From Escherichia phage fDHCT2: 64,000 bases of DNA. The notes beneath the pieces were generated by a model. It had not been told where the DNA came from, searched no databases, and was given only the letters and a program-made list of their open reading frames with translations. Position 1 is the first letter of the stretch; the number at the start of each line of letters is the position of its first letter. Positions 34,978-43,913 of this stretch are shown piece by piece. Position numbers and translations under genes: made by a program. Location of the stretch: sequence record OR427838.1. One strand, written 5' to 3'.

Positions 34978-35178
34978 TCATCGCTGCCACCATTTCTTAA
35001 GTTGATGAGAATCTACCCAAACCTTGGCTACAGGTTCAATCTGAAAAATTCCATCAGAATACTGACCAACCATTTTGTATTCGGTTTCGGACTGCTTAAT
35101 ACAGATATTACCGTATGAGCGAAGTCTGAAAGCGGCTCCAACAAGAAGCCGTTTAAAGGGTTTATTTACTAAGGCCAT
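34978..35178 (-). CDS. hypothetical small protein
   Basis: 66-aa ORF. Confidence 0.45.
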   Translation of the reverse strand: MALVNKPFKRLLVGAAFRLRSYGNICIKQSETEYKMVGQYSDGIFQIEPVAKVWVDSHQLKKWWQR

Positions 35179-35473
35179 TGACGATTTCCCAAATTTGTTT
35201 GCGGGTAGATTCCCACATCAATTGAACAAGTTCATCAGTAACAGGTTGACGGTAAATACCGCGTAATTTAATTAAAGCGTACTTATATGCTTCAAAGTTG
35301 TTTTCAAGTACAGCGCCTTGGGCATGGAGATTTAAACGACGGATTTCACGAGCATTCTTCTTAAGAATCTTAGCCGCTTGCGAATTAGCTTCTTTAATAT
35401 TGTGCTCTTCTAAACGTTGCTGGGCTTCTTCAATTTGCTCATCAGTCAATTGAGAAATGTCATGGCTTTGCAT
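35162..35473 (-). CDS. hypothetical protein
   Basis: 103-aa ORF. Confidence 0.5.
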   Translation of the reverse strand: MQSHDISQLTDEQIEEAQQRLEEHNIKEANSQAAKILKKNAREIRRLNLHAQGAVLENNFEAYKYALIKLRGIYRQPVTDELVQLMWESTRKQIWEIVNGLSK

Positions 35474-35474
35474 A

Positions 35475-35741
35475 TTAATCCTTTGGAGTCAATTCGATAG
35501 TGAAGTAGAAATTAGCGTTCTCAACATGATAACGATAATCTACGTTATTGTCAGGAGAAGTGAATTCAATATTCCTGACGTTAAGTGGGTCAATATCAAT
35601 AGGAAGGCCTTTAACATCCCGTAATATCAATTTAATAAAATAAGGGAGTGCTTCGAAGTCTTCCATTCCATCTAAAAGTGGAGTGATATTAATCTGATGT
35701 TCCATATAAAAAATCCAGTTCGCCAACTTTAGGTTCGGCAC
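35475..35741 (-). CDS. hypothetical protein
   Basis: 88-aa ORF. Confidence 0.5.
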   Translation of the reverse strand: MPNLKLANWIFYMEHQINITPLLDGMEDFEALPYFIKLILRDVKGLPIDIDPLNVRNIEFTSPDNNVDYRYHVENANFYFTIELTPKD

Positions 35742-36246
35742 TCTTATCAGACCCTGGTGCTTTAGTTAAAGAGGTTTCATACTGTGTCATTTTATCGTAG
35801 ATATCTTGGATAAAGGTTTCATCTGCAATACCTACCATATCGTCATCATTACTGTCATAGACATTATGGACGAAGTAGCTGTATTTCTTTGCCATTTCTT
35901 TACGTTCTTTCTTGATACGCTGAACAAAGGCATTAAAACAAGCCATAGTGATATATGCATGTGGGTTGTCGTATTTTGTTTCGTCGAAGTTGTGAAGACC
36001 TTTAATAGAAGCTTCGATTCCATCAGCAATCATTTCTTGCTTCCAGGATTGGGTATACCCGGAGAAGTTGAAACGCTTAGAAAGGCCTTCAGCAATGAGC
36101 ATAATAGCCAAGCCGATAACATCGTTCTGACGAACTATTTTATTAGGATCGGTATTTTCTCGGAGCTCTGTTTTCCACTGGGTAATGGCTTTCAGAAGCT
36201 CCTTATTATTTACATAGTTATTTTTAGTCAGTTTAATTTCGGTCAT
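35689..36246 (-). CDS. 55: late sigma factor gp55
   Basis: 185 aa; ...YVNNKELL...KTEL...[56 protein letters not shown]... near-identical to remembered T4 gp55. Confidence 0.95.
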   Translation of the reverse strand: MTEIKLTKNNYVNNKELLKAITQWKTELRENTDPNKIVRQNDVIGLAIMLIAEGLSKRFNFSGYTQSWKQEMIADGIEASIKGLHNFDETKYDNPHAYITMACFNAFVQRIKKERKEMAKKYSYFVHNVYDSNDDDMVGIADETFIQDIYDKMTQYETSLTKAPGSDKSAEPKVGELDFLYGTSD

Positions 36247-36277
36247 TGTTACCTCAGATAACTCAAATCATAGGTCT

Positions 36278-36312
36278 ATTATATCATAGTATTTGAAGAC
36301 CCGTTTAAAGCA
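36278..36312 (-). promoter_or_regulatory. putative promoter region upstream of gene 55
   Basis: minus aTGCTTTAa (36306-36312), 14 nt, TACTAT; overlapping TATAAT (36278-36283) then AGACCTATGATT. Confidence 0.4.
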
Positions 36313-36576
36313 TCAACGGAGTAAGCAATAAGCCTGAAATACTGTTTCAAGAATTTTTTTGAACTCTTCAAAGGAAGGGGCCCCTTCAAACCCTTGGCTT
36401 TGAATGTAAAGGCAGAATTGTTGGTAAAGAACCAAATATTCGGATTGATTATATTTGGAAATATGAGACTTCCACACTTCAGAAGTCTCTCCGCAAATAA
36501 ACTCAACATTCATATAGTTATCTATTAAGAAAAATCCTAAGCCTTCATAAGCTAATGTTATGGATACAGGCGTCAT
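36313..36576 (-). CDS. hypothetical protein
   Basis: 87-aa ORF. Confidence 0.45.
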   Translation of the reverse strand: MTPVSITLAYEGLGFFLIDNYMNVEFICGETSEVWKSHISKYNQSEYLVLYQQFCLYIQSQGFEGAPSFEEFKKILETVFQAYCLLR

Positions 36577-36839
36577 TGTAGGAATCTGGCTCCTTCTAGT
36601 GCATCATCAAGATTATCAAACTCATCAACGTAATCAATACCGCCGACCTCATCTTTAGCGTATAGCCAGTACTGTTTAAATTCATATTCAATAATAAAGT
36701 GGTCACCCTCAATCTGGAGAACCCCATCACTATTAAATTGAACTGCATAACCGGTAAAGCGGACATCATTCAAGAGTTCTTCTTTCATAGCAATCATTTC
36801 CAAGTTTTTATCGTAATTAGAGAGTTTTATTTTAATCAT
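36573..36839 (-). CDS. hypothetical protein
   Basis: 88-aa ORF. Confidence 0.5.
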   Translation of the reverse strand: MIKIKLSNYDKNLEMIAMKEELLNDVRFTGYAVQFNSDGVLQIEGDHFIIEYEFKQYWLYAKDEVGGIDYVDEFDNLDDALEGARFLQ

Positions 36840-37080
36840 TTAAATAATCCTCAAATTCATTTAATGTCATGCCTTCGTCCCAAGCTATTTTAGGATCGGG
36901 CATTTTCATATAAGTGGTCTTAGAGCTTATAGGAAATATCCTGAAATCGCGATGACTTCCACTTAACATATTAGCCGCTTTTATAATAGTTTCACTATTA
37001 TTCATCATAGGGGTACGTTGGAAACCGGCTAAAGCTTTAAGGACTATTATAACCGATACATCTTCAGGCAAATTACTCAT
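36832..37080 (-). CDS. hypothetical protein
   Basis: 82-aa ORF. Confidence 0.5.
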   Translation of the reverse strand: MSNLPEDVSVIIVLKALAGFQRTPMMNNSETIIKAANMLSGSHRDFRIFPISSKTTYMKMPDPKIAWDEGMTLNEFEDYLND

Positions 37081-37406
37081 TTCGCAGCCTTAACAATTTT
37101 CAGGTCAACGAATTTTTTCTTACGTTGATTCTTCATACGACGGATGGTTTTGTCTGTGATTTCACCTGGCTGCCAAGCTTTAGATTCAACACCAAAGGCG
37201 GCCACATCAAACTCGTCGAGAATATATTGAACCAGGATTTCACGAATACCGTTCTTACCAATTTTTTGGTCTTTAGAGTGCATGATTGGTAACAGTTCAG
37301 CAACCCATTGGTCAAGAACCTGAGGAGTTACAAAGCCGGTTTTCATCAGTTCGTTAACTTTATCGAAAGCGAAAGAGTTCAGTACGTTTTTAATAGCTTG
37401 TGACAT
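37077..37406 (-). CDS. hypothetical protein
   Basis: 109-aa ORF behind early promoter. Confidence 0.5.
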   Translation of the reverse strand: MSQAIKNVLNSFAFDKVNELMKTGFVTPQVLDQWVAELLPIMHSKDQKIGKNGIREILVQYILDEFDVAAFGVESKAWQPGEITDKTIRRMKNQRKKKFVDLKIVKAAK

Positions 37407-37445
37407 AATAATTTCCTCAGTTTAAAATTTATAATCCATGGGACC

Positions 37446-37475
37446 ATTATACTCGGGTCCCAAGAGTTTGTAAAC
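37446..37475 (-). promoter_or_regulatory. T4-type early promoter
   Basis: minus GTTTAC (37470-37475), 18 nt, GAGTATAAT; -10 in loop of GGGACC/GGTCCC repeat. Confidence 0.6.
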
Positions 37476-37675
37476 TATTTTTGTGCTAATGCGCCTTTCC
37501 AACCTTCATACATCATTGCGGCCGATATTAATATTGCTCCTGAGCATTTTGAATATTTGTTATTCCAAAACCAGTTTAGAAAAACTTCATCATCAATACC
37601 TTGGGCTATCATATTTTCAAAGAACTGACGTCGAGATTCAGCAATTCGCTGTGATAATTTAGATTCAGGATTCAT
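37475..37675 (-). CDS. hypothetical small protein
   Basis: 66-aa ORF. Confidence 0.45.
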   Translation of the reverse strand: MNPESKLSQRIAESRRQFFENMIAQGIDDEVFLNWFWNNKYSKCSGAILISAAMMYEGWKGALAQK

Positions 37676-37807
37676 TTAAATTTTCCAGTTACCGTGTTTA
37701 TCAATGAATTTAATCCAGTCATTTACTGACCACGTGGTTGTATCGCCCTTTGGACTGACATTTAAAGTGTATAGTCCTTGCTTAAAAAGCATCCGTTTGA
37801 TATTCAT
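37676..37807 (-). CDS. hypothetical small protein
   Basis: track ORF trimmed to ATG 37807 (RBS GAGGAAAAT). Confidence 0.35.
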   Translation of the reverse strand: MNIKRMLFKQGLYTLNVSPKGDTTTWSVNDWIKFIDKHGNWKI

Positions 37808-37814
37808 ATTTTCC

Positions 37815-38108
37815 TCAGCTGTAACGATAGCATTCGTTTGATTTACGTTTTGCAACTTGATGAGAAGTATTGTAATCAGGTTCATCGTCGTTGTAAACAT
37901 CTTTTTTCAGCTTTCTCACTTCTTTACGAAGCTGGCGATTCATTTCATTCTTAACTTCAGAATCAACACCGCGCATACGTTTCCACTTGTCGGAACGGAA
38001 GATATTTTCTTCAACTCGTTCCTGACTTACGCCGTCTGGTGCTTTACGGCGTCCGGAATAATAAAAATCTTTTACAGACAATTCTTTACGACGGATAGTT
38101 TTACCCAT
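37815..38108 (-). CDS. hypothetical basic protein
   Basis: 97-aa ORF. Confidence 0.45.
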   Translation of the reverse strand: MGKTIRRKELSVKDFYYSGRRKAPDGVSQERVEENIFRSDKWKRMRGVDSEVKNEMNRQLRKEVRKLKKDVYNDDEPDYNTSHQVAKRKSNECYRYS

Positions 38109-38110
38109 AG

Positions 38111-38365
38111 TTACCTCAACAGTTTGTATCCAATAAGATTTTTAATGTACTGGATGTCTTTGACATCCAAATCCAACTTAATATCTTTCAAGCGCTCAGC
38201 CAGAGTAAGAAATGTTACTCGCTTCCAATTCTTAACCGGACAGCAATAAGTTTTCGGCCCGTTAGCGATTTCAATATTTTTATCTGTGGCGGTGATAAAA
38301 ATCAAACGTTCATCATCAAGATTAAGGGTGATGACATTTTTCATTGAATGTAATTTCAGGCTCAT
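38111..38365 (-). CDS. hypothetical protein
   Basis: 84-aa ORF. Confidence 0.5.
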   Translation of the reverse strand: MSLKLHSMKNVITLNLDDERLIFITATDKNIEIANGPKTYCCPVKNWKRVTFLTLAERLKDIKLDLDVKDIQYIKNLIGYKLLR

Positions 38366-38544
38366 AATTTAATTTCCTTGGCTATCGAACAAAACAAACT
38401 ACGGTCACATACCATCATTGGAATATTTCTATGGTCCAGTACACGATACCATACGTCTGAATCGCTAGCAGCAATTACACGAACCGCACGCCCGTTTACC
38501 AAATAATACTGGTCGGCTTTAATTTCTTTATCTTGGATAGTCAT
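38362..38544 (-). CDS. hypothetical small protein
   Basis: 60-aa ORF behind early promoter. Confidence 0.45.
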   Translation of the reverse strand: MTIQDKEIKADQYYLVNGRAVRVIAASDSDVWYRVLDHRNIPMMVCDRSLFCSIAKEIKL

Positions 38545-38573
38545 AATGTTCTCCTCATGTGTTGATAGGATAG

Positions 38574-38602
38574 ACTATAACACGTGAGGAGAGGAAGTAA
38601 AC
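38574..38602 (-). promoter_or_regulatory. T4-type early promoter
   Basis: minus GTTTAC (38597-38602), 17 nt, TATAGT, CTATCCTATCAAC; flanked by CTCCTCATGTG/CACGTGAGGAG repeat. Confidence 0.6.
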
Positions 38603-38603
38603 A

Positions 38604-38921
38604 CTAATCTTCAATTAAATCTCGGTCATAACCAAGTTCAATCAAAAGTGCTTTAAAAGCAGGAATATTTTCTATTTTCTTATTATCAACAAAGATGACA
38701 GGATAGCGTATAGCTAAGCTCTTGAAGCCGGCCCGTTTGGCCAATGATACTATAAGAGGCTTGTCATATACTGCGCCTGACAGCGTCCGGTTAATCACAG
38801 GATAGAAAGTATGTGGGATAGAAAGGGAATTTAGGAGCGATAGAACAGCAATGCACCCTGGACAGCGCATGACTGTCTCAGGGATACCGTAAATCTCAAT
38901 TTTAGTTAACTTTTGGTCCAC
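38604..38921 (-). CDS. thioredoxin/glutaredoxin-fold protein
   Basis: 105 aa; CPGC redox motif. Confidence 0.55.
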   Translation of the reverse strand: MDQKLTKIEIYGIPETVMRCPGCIAVLSLLNSLSIPHTFYPVINRTLSGAVYDKPLIVSLAKRAGFKSLAIRYPVIFVDNKKIENIPAFKALLIELGYDRDLIED

Positions 38922-39198
38922 AGGAAATAACTCCTTGGTAGTCCCAAGTTTTTAGAACTTCGTCTTCATTAGTTCCATATGGGACGTAAATCTGGATAAG
39001 GAACCCAGTATCATCAAAAGAGAAGTAGACAGTAGGTTTAATACCATGAATCTCTGACAGAGCATAGATGTCCTTGAGGTCGTCTTCCTTACCTTTAAAG
39101 AATTCAGGGTTCAGGTCACAGTCATGGAAGTACCAATCATCACCAAACTTGTCCCATGCGGTCCAATTCAAAGCTACATATTCTTCAAAACGTTTCAT
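38902..39198 (-). CDS. hypothetical protein
   Basis: 98-aa ORF. Confidence 0.5.
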   Translation of the reverse strand: MKRFEEYVALNWTAWDKFGDDWYFHDCDLNPEFFKGKEDDLKDIYALSEIHGIKPTVYFSFDDTGFLIQIYVPYGTNEDEVLKTWDYQGVISCGPKVN

Positions 39199-39410
39199 TC
39201 TTTCACCTTCATCATTTTTGCTATAACACTATGAACAGCCTGGATTCGTTTGTTGAACTCAGACCCTTCAAGACCTTTTTCAGTACTCAGCGCACCAATA
39301 ATAACGAACAGCAATCCAAATGGGATGGCCAGGATTAAAAGGCACACGATAAACAGAACTAATGTAATATTGGCCAGGATATCAGAAACAGCATTACGAA
39401 ATTTATTCAT
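39195..39410 (-). CDS. small membrane protein
   Basis: track start 39422 is GTG; ATG 39410 (MNKFRNAVSD...); one TM segment. Confidence 0.5.
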   Translation of the reverse strand: MNKFRNAVSDILANITLVLFIVCLLILAIPFGLLFVIIGALSTEKGLEGSEFNKRIQAVHSVIAKMMKVKE

Positions 39411-39535
39411 TAAAGAACCCACATATTAGTTACAACAAATAACCATTGAGCAGGATACTCAACACCCATAATACGCACTGCATCGTTCAGAGATTCAGCT
39501 AGAGCATAGAATGTGTAGCCATAAAAATTAATCAT
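39410..39535 (-). CDS. hypothetical small protein (41 aa, hand-called)
   Basis: MINFYGYTFYALAESLNDAVRIMGVEYPAQWLFVVTNMWVL; ATG overlaps gp49 stop. Confidence 0.35.
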   Translation of the reverse strand: MINFYGYTFYALAESLNDAVRIMGVEYPAQWLFVVTNMWVL

Positions 39536-40005
39536 TTAAGCGATTTCCTCAGTTGTTTTTTAAATGAATCGACCATTTGTTTCTTTGTGTCAGATTCATT
39601 ATAAGTCATTCCATGTGAAAGCATTTCAGCAATCATTTCTTCCTTACCTAATCTACTGAACTCTTTGGTTTTATCAGGAACGAAATTAGGATGGATATTG
39701 TTTTCAGTGTAATCAGATTTCAGATAGACCAGCAAATTCTCTAACCATTCGAGGTAGTCAACGTTTTGACCTTTAAGACCAGAACGGTTGAACTTATGCT
39801 TCATTTGTCCTTCTGCAGCATTGCACAGGTTACATAGTAAACCACGAACCTTACCGGCTTTCGGCCCATTCAATTCATGGTCGTGGTCAAGGTGGTTACT
39901 TTGAACATCAGGGTTTAATTCACGTTTACAAATCAAACACTTACCATGTTGTACATCATAAAGTTTTTGTTTTTCTTCTTTGTATAGTTTGCCAGTCAAC
40001 AACAT
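39532..40005 (-). CDS. 49: endonuclease VII gp49 (Holliday junction resolvase)
   Basis: 157 aa; MLLTGKLYKEEKQK...CLICKRELNPDVQSNHLDHDHELNGPKAGKVRGLLCNLCN... near-identical to remembered T4 gp49. Confidence 0.95.
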   Translation of the reverse strand: MLLTGKLYKEEKQKLYDVQHGKCLICKRELNPDVQSNHLDHDHELNGPKAGKVRGLLCNLCNAAEGQMKHKFNRSGLKGQNVDYLEWLENLLVYLKSDYTENNIHPNFVPDKTKEFSRLGKEEMIAEMLSHGMTYNESDTKKQMVDSFKKQLRKSLK

Positions 40006-40006
40006 A

Positions 40007-40040
40007 ATAAACCCTTACCATTATTAGATAAGGGTATTTA
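40007..40040 (-). promoter_or_regulatory. hairpin at gene 49 start, possibly with late-promoter-like AATAAATA
   Basis: imperfect repeat AAACCCTTA / TAAGGGTATTT immediately upstream of ATG. Confidence 0.35.
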
Positions 40041-40134
40041 TTAATATCCTAATAGTTTAGCAGTGCAACTTAGCACTAACAACAATCCGAATAAAACGAC
40101 TCCGACCCAAAATACCGTAATAAGATCATCCATA

Positions 40135-40311
40135 TCAGACCCCGTAGAACGAGCGATGTAACCGTTTAAATTGACGAATCATCTTTTTGGTAGGACGGGT
40201 GTATAACCCTACACAGGTGGCCATAAACTGGTCAGTAGGACTTCCTTTGATAAGAAGTTTCCAGACCTTGTCACCATTTAACTTTTCAGTATAGACTAAT
40301 ACAGTTTTCAT
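40135..40311 (-). CDS. small basic protein, PTKRQ-motif family (58 aa, hand-called)
   Basis: MKTVLVYTEKLNGDKVWKLL...YTRPTKKMIRQFKRLHRSFYGV. Confidence 0.4.
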   Translation of the reverse strand: MKTVLVYTEKLNGDKVWKLLIKGSPTDQFMATCVGLYTRPTKKMIRQFKRLHRSFYGV

Positions 40312-40484
40312 CAGAACGCCTTATCAGCAAAGCGAAGTTGGGCTTCAAGCCAATGGATATAATCCGCTGCAGCAGAAATCAAAGCAGATTCTTCATCAGG
40401 TAACTTACGAGAATCCGACAACTCGTAAAGCGAATGTTCAATCAGACGGCCTTTATGACGGCCGATTTCAATTTTGGTACTCAT
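40311..40484 (-). CDS. hypothetical small protein (57 aa, hand-called)
   Basis: MSTKIEIGRHKGRLIEHSLYELSD...; early promoter upstream. Confidence 0.4.
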   Translation of the reverse strand: MSTKIEIGRHKGRLIEHSLYELSDSRKLPDEESALISAAADYIHWLEAQLRFADKAF

Positions 40485-40524
40485 ATCCAAACCCCATATC
40501 GATTAAATCATTGTTTGAAGGTTC

Positions 40525-40554
40525 ATTATACTCTATTTCGGAATCGTTGTAAAC
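40525..40554 (-). promoter_or_regulatory. T4-type early promoter
   Basis: minus GTTTAC (40549-40554), 18 nt, GAGTATAAT (40525-40530). Confidence 0.6.
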
Positions 40555-40600
40555 CGGTTCCTCTGGCTCGGTAGTTTTCCACCGAGCGACATACCATGGC

Positions 40601-40978
40601 TTAACGGTCACACCACCAACTACTTACTTCAAAATCAGGTTCACCGTGTTCCCAGTACCAAGGGCCGACTGGGTGCCAATCGCCATGTTCATCTTCTTCA
40701 AATTCTTCAGATTCAAGCCCAACATATTGCCATTGGACTTCATAAGCAGTACCACCGATTACAACGGTGTTCTCGCCATATGGGTGAGCTACAGCAAAGT
40801 CTATACCTTCTGCTTTAGCCAGCCAAACCATATATTCGTATAGTTTATATTCCAGGTCATCTTCGATGCCATCACCTAGAAAAATGGTTTGTTCGTTTAA
40901 TTCAATCATTTGAAGTTCCAGAATGAAGCACCAACCAGAAATAAAGGCCAACAAATCATAGACGTCAGCCACCAACAA
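40601..40978 (-). CDS. hypothetical protein
   Basis: 125-aa ORF. Confidence 0.5.
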   Translation of the reverse strand: MLVADVYDLLAFISGWCFILELQMIELNEQTIFLGDGIEDDLEYKLYEYMVWLAKAEGIDFAVAHPYGENTVVIGGTAYEVQWQYVGLESEEFEEDEHGDWHPVGPWYWEHGEPDFEVSSWWCDR

Positions 40979-41063
40979 AAATCACCGGAATCATCTAATT
41001 TAGCTAGGGTCTTAGCATAACCAATACCGATGATAAGATATAAAACAACCAACATTAATTCAA

Positions 41064-41327
41064 TCATTTGAAATAAGCTCGCAGTTGGTCAAAGCCACCA
41101 ATATGACTTCCATCCGGAGCAAATACCTGAGGCATAGTCAAACCCACCTGAGATTCGCGACCAAGAGCAGTCAAGAGTTCAGCAATCTTCTCATCATCAA
41201 ATACACCTTTTTCAGGCATCACGTTAATGAATTCGTAAGGTTGTTTCTTAACATCAAGCAGACGTTTGGCATTATCACAGAAAACACAGCGGTGAATATT
41301 TGAATCGTAACCATAAACTTTAAACAT
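41064..41327 (-). CDS. nrdC: thioredoxin NrdC
   Basis: 87 aa; MFKVYGYDSNIHRCVFCDNAKRLL... near-identical to remembered T4 NrdC. Confidence 0.9.
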   Translation of the reverse strand: MFKVYGYDSNIHRCVFCDNAKRLLDVKKQPYEFINVMPEKGVFDDEKIAELLTALGRESQVGLTMPQVFAPDGSHIGGFDQLRAYFK

Positions 41328-41328
41328 T

Positions 41329-41580
41329 TTAAATTCCTAATATTTGTTTGAATGCTTCAGAACGGTCGAGTTCTGTTCCATATTTTTCCATGTGCTCATA
41401 TTTTAAATCATACACATCAGACAGTATATTATTATACGAACGAGTTAAAGCAGATTTTAAAACTGAATAACTGTCCGGAAATTTACCATGCTCTTTATAA
41501 TAAGCTAGAGTAAGTTCGCGGACTGCCTTATCGGCAGCCTCTACATATTCTTTACGCTTTGCCATTTTCGTCTCGCTCAA
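41329..41580 (-). CDS. hypothetical protein
   Basis: 83-aa ORF. Confidence 0.5.
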   Translation of the reverse strand: MSETKMAKRKEYVEAADKAVRELTLAYYKEHGKFPDSYSVLKSALTRSYNNILSDVYDLKYEHMEKYGTELDRSEAFKQILGI

Positions 41581-41773
41581 ATCGGTGTTTACAATGACGG
41601 CATTTGTACTGAAGCGGATTGTGTCGCCAACAAGTCAATTGGACCTGTTCAGTTCCACATTCAGGACAGTTTGGAACATTCTTAGAAGCTCGTTCGCGAC
41701 GTTCTACAATTTTAATAATTTGATTCCAATCAGGAATAGTTTGGTCGATATCATCGGCTAATTGGTATTTCAT
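41552..41773 (-). CDS. small zinc-ribbon protein
   Basis: 73 aa; CPECG...CRHCKH. Confidence 0.5.
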   Translation of the reverse strand: MKYQLADDIDQTIPDWNQIIKIVERRERASKNVPNCPECGTEQVQLTCWRHNPLQYKCRHCKHRFERDENGKA

Positions 41774-42780
41774 TTCAACAGCTCCAGAGCTTGTTCAAGA
41801 CGGTCTAAACGATTGGTAGACTCTTCCCAAAGTTTCTTGGCGGCGGTATATTGCCCGGTCAGTTTTTTGTTAATAGCAAGGGCATCTTTATATGCTTTTT
41901 CTAAGGCAACGACTTCCGGTAACTTGGATTTAGTAATTGGTGTAGGGGCCATGATAGGGCTGTTCAAGTCGTTAATCAAGTCTTCTAATGTAGCAGGCTC
42001 TTTATCAGTGTTCACAATTTCCTCACATTTTTCTTGGTAAATTTCAGCATCAGTTTTTGGAACGGGGCATTTGATTTCGCGAACTGTTACCAAAACTTCA
42101 TATCCTTTCCAGCCTAAGTGGTGTTTAACTTCTTGGGTCTCATATTTCTCTACTGTATCCATCAAAGCTAAGGCTTGTTCGATAGTATTCAAGGTATCGT
42201 AAGCAATATCTTGATACTTTACAACTTCCGCATCATCTTTAGGTTTCCTATTAGGTGACCAAATAACAGAAATAATAGCTTTTCCTTTATAACTATTTGT
42301 TTTAATCATGCAATTAGCCATCGGGTGAATAGTACGACAATCACCGGAAACTATAGTTTTAGAGGCCGCTTTGAGAATTAATGCAGAGTTAGCCTTGAAT
42401 TCGGTAACCCAACGTTGCGGAAATAAACTACTAGGGTCCATACCTTTAATTTTGATATAACTTTTTATGGTATCACCAAACCATTTGTAGCTAACAGCAT
42501 GGCTAGAACCCGGATATTTCTCTTTACCGAACTCAGAAAGGATGTCCTTATTGACCAGTCGAGAAAGCAGTCGAGAACCTTTAAATGTATCTACGATATC
42601 AGGAATAAACAAACGACCCGCTATCTTTTCGATTTCAGCTTTGAAACAGCGCGATAATGCATCATCAATTTGGTCGACCCATTTATTGATATTAGAAACT
42701 ATTACCACATATGGGGTTAATGGAGGGGTATTGGCAGTGATATACGTAGTAAAGGCATTGATGTATTCAGTACGGGTCAT
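41770..42780 (-). CDS. hypothetical protein
   Basis: track ORF trimmed to ATG 42780 (RBS GAGGAG) because early promoter occupies 42809-42838. Confidence 0.55.
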   Translation of the reverse strand: MTRTEYINAFTTYITANTPPLTPYVVIVSNINKWVDQIDDALSRCFKAEIEKIAGRLFIPDIVDTFKGSRLLSRLVNKDILSEFGKEKYPGSSHAVSYKWFGDTIKSYIKIKGMDPSSLFPQRWVTEFKANSALILKAASKTIVSGDCRTIHPMANCMIKTNSYKGKAIISVIWSPNRKPKDDAEVVKYQDIAYDTLNTIEQALALMDTVEKYETQEVKHHLGWKGYEVLVTVREIKCPVPKTDAEIYQEKCEEIVNTDKEPATLEDLINDLNSPIMAPTPITKSKLPEVVALEKAYKDALAINKKLTGQYTAAKKLWEESTNRLDRLEQALELLK

Positions 42781-42808
42781 GATATTCTCCTCAGCAGTTG
42801 ATAAAAGG

Positions 42809-42838
42809 ATTATACTCCATCCGTCCTTGGATGTAAAC
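42809..42838 (-). promoter_or_regulatory. T4-type early promoter
   Basis: minus GTTTAC (42833-42838), 18 nt, GGAGTATAAT, CCTTTTATCAAC. Confidence 0.65.
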
Positions 42839-42839
42839 A

Positions 42840-43733
42840 TTATTTTAGAGCTAATACTGCCGCGCGAAGCTTGTCACGCTGGATTTCCATATTCTTGATG
42901 CGAATCAATACGTCTTGAATACTCTTTTTCTCATCTTCGATCTGACCATTTAAACGGTGGATTGATTCCTGGAGGTGGTCCTCATGATACTTCTCGATAG
43001 GTTTCATCGTAGGGTTAGTAACAACCAAAGAATTATCAGGTTTAATTTTCCAATGATACGGTTCTGAATTGAATGGACTCGGCACAGCCGTGGTTTTGAA
43101 TTTGTCATAAGTAGCATACTGGCCTACAGGCCCATATGACGCGGTGGAGATTCGACGTTCCATTTGTGGGTCCTTTTGTTGTGGTTGATAAGGCGCATAA
43201 GACAAAAGATATTCACGAGTTAGTTTAACATTAAAATACACTGCATCAGGCCGCCCGGAACAATCAGCATATTCATCTGTTGTAACCTTATATGATTCTA
43301 CTGCCTTAATACGAGTCATTGCCTCTCTGAATAAGGTTTCGAATGCTTCACGAAGGGCCTTATTGCCTTTTGAGGTGGGACGGAAACGAACTTGAATACC
43401 GTCAGGCAGAATATTAATGACCAGGTTACGAGCCGTAAAATTAATATTTTTGATATTAACAGGAACCGTAGAAATACGTCCTGCAGTAGCCAAGAGGTCT
43501 TTAATATTAGCTCGTAATGTCGCGCCAAATAAATGAGCTGGGCTACGGCAATAATCGTTCAAAGAACTAATATAAGTTCCTTTACGGCCTACGCCGTAAG
43601 TGTAGTTACCATTACGAATCTGACCAAAGTCTGCTAACCGGTCAATAGCGATACGACGAGTAGTGTCATGGTCGTATATAGAGTATTCTTTACGCGTTTT
43701 AATGTTCATATTAAAGTCCAAATAATTTTTCAT
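42840..43733 (-). CDS. hypothetical protein
   Basis: 297-aa ORF. Confidence 0.55.
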   Translation of the reverse strand: MKNYLDFNMNIKTRKEYSIYDHDTTRRIAIDRLADFGQIRNGNYTYGVGRKGTYISSLNDYCRSPAHLFGATLRANIKDLLATAGRISTVPVNIKNINFTARNLVINILPDGIQVRFRPTSKGNKALREAFETLFREAMTRIKAVESYKVTTDEYADCSGRPDAVYFNVKLTREYLLSYAPYQPQQKDPQMERRISTASYGPVGQYATYDKFKTTAVPSPFNSEPYHWKIKPDNSLVVTNPTMKPIEKYHEDHLQESIHRLNGQIEDEKKSIQDVLIRIKNMEIQRDKLRAAVLALK

Positions 43734-43911
43734 AGAGTTTAGCTAAAGGCCAAGTCACAATAGAAACTATTCCAAATAAAGCAAGCACCGGCCAAATAAA
43801 GGTAGCGAATACTGCTTCGCCACCTGAGCTAATTTCCATATGTTTGCGGCCAATCAGAACAGTAATGAATCCTAATGCAAGGTACAGAAGAATAAAACCT
43901 GCGATTTCCAT
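43711..43911 (-). CDS. small membrane protein
   Basis: 66 aa, two hydrophobic segments. Confidence 0.45.
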   Translation of the reverse strand: MEIAGFILLYLALGFITVLIGRKHMEISSGGEAVFATFIWPVLALFGIVSIVTWPLAKLYEKLFGL

Positions 43912-43913
43912 AA

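Noticed and set aside
36279-36509. 76-aa minus ORF overlapping 36313-36576 in another frame
   Set aside because: Nested in the longer ORF with no independent RBS; likewise 43316-43528, 44027-44317, 46206-46433, 17475-17678 and 17841-18050 inside larger genes.
39195-39422. ORF-track starts at 39422, 803, 16790 and 50001
   Set aside because: These begin with GTG or TTG (39422, 803 and 50001 GTG; 16790 TTG); in-frame ATG with an RBS was preferred where present (39410, 776, 16778), and 50001 was kept as a GTG start because of GAGGAG spacing.
41345-41353. Plus-strand AATGCTTCA matching the MotA-box consensus (also TTGCTTAAA at 27831-27839)
   Set aside because: Wrong strand relative to all nearby genes and located inside coding sequence; no plus-strand ORF to drive.
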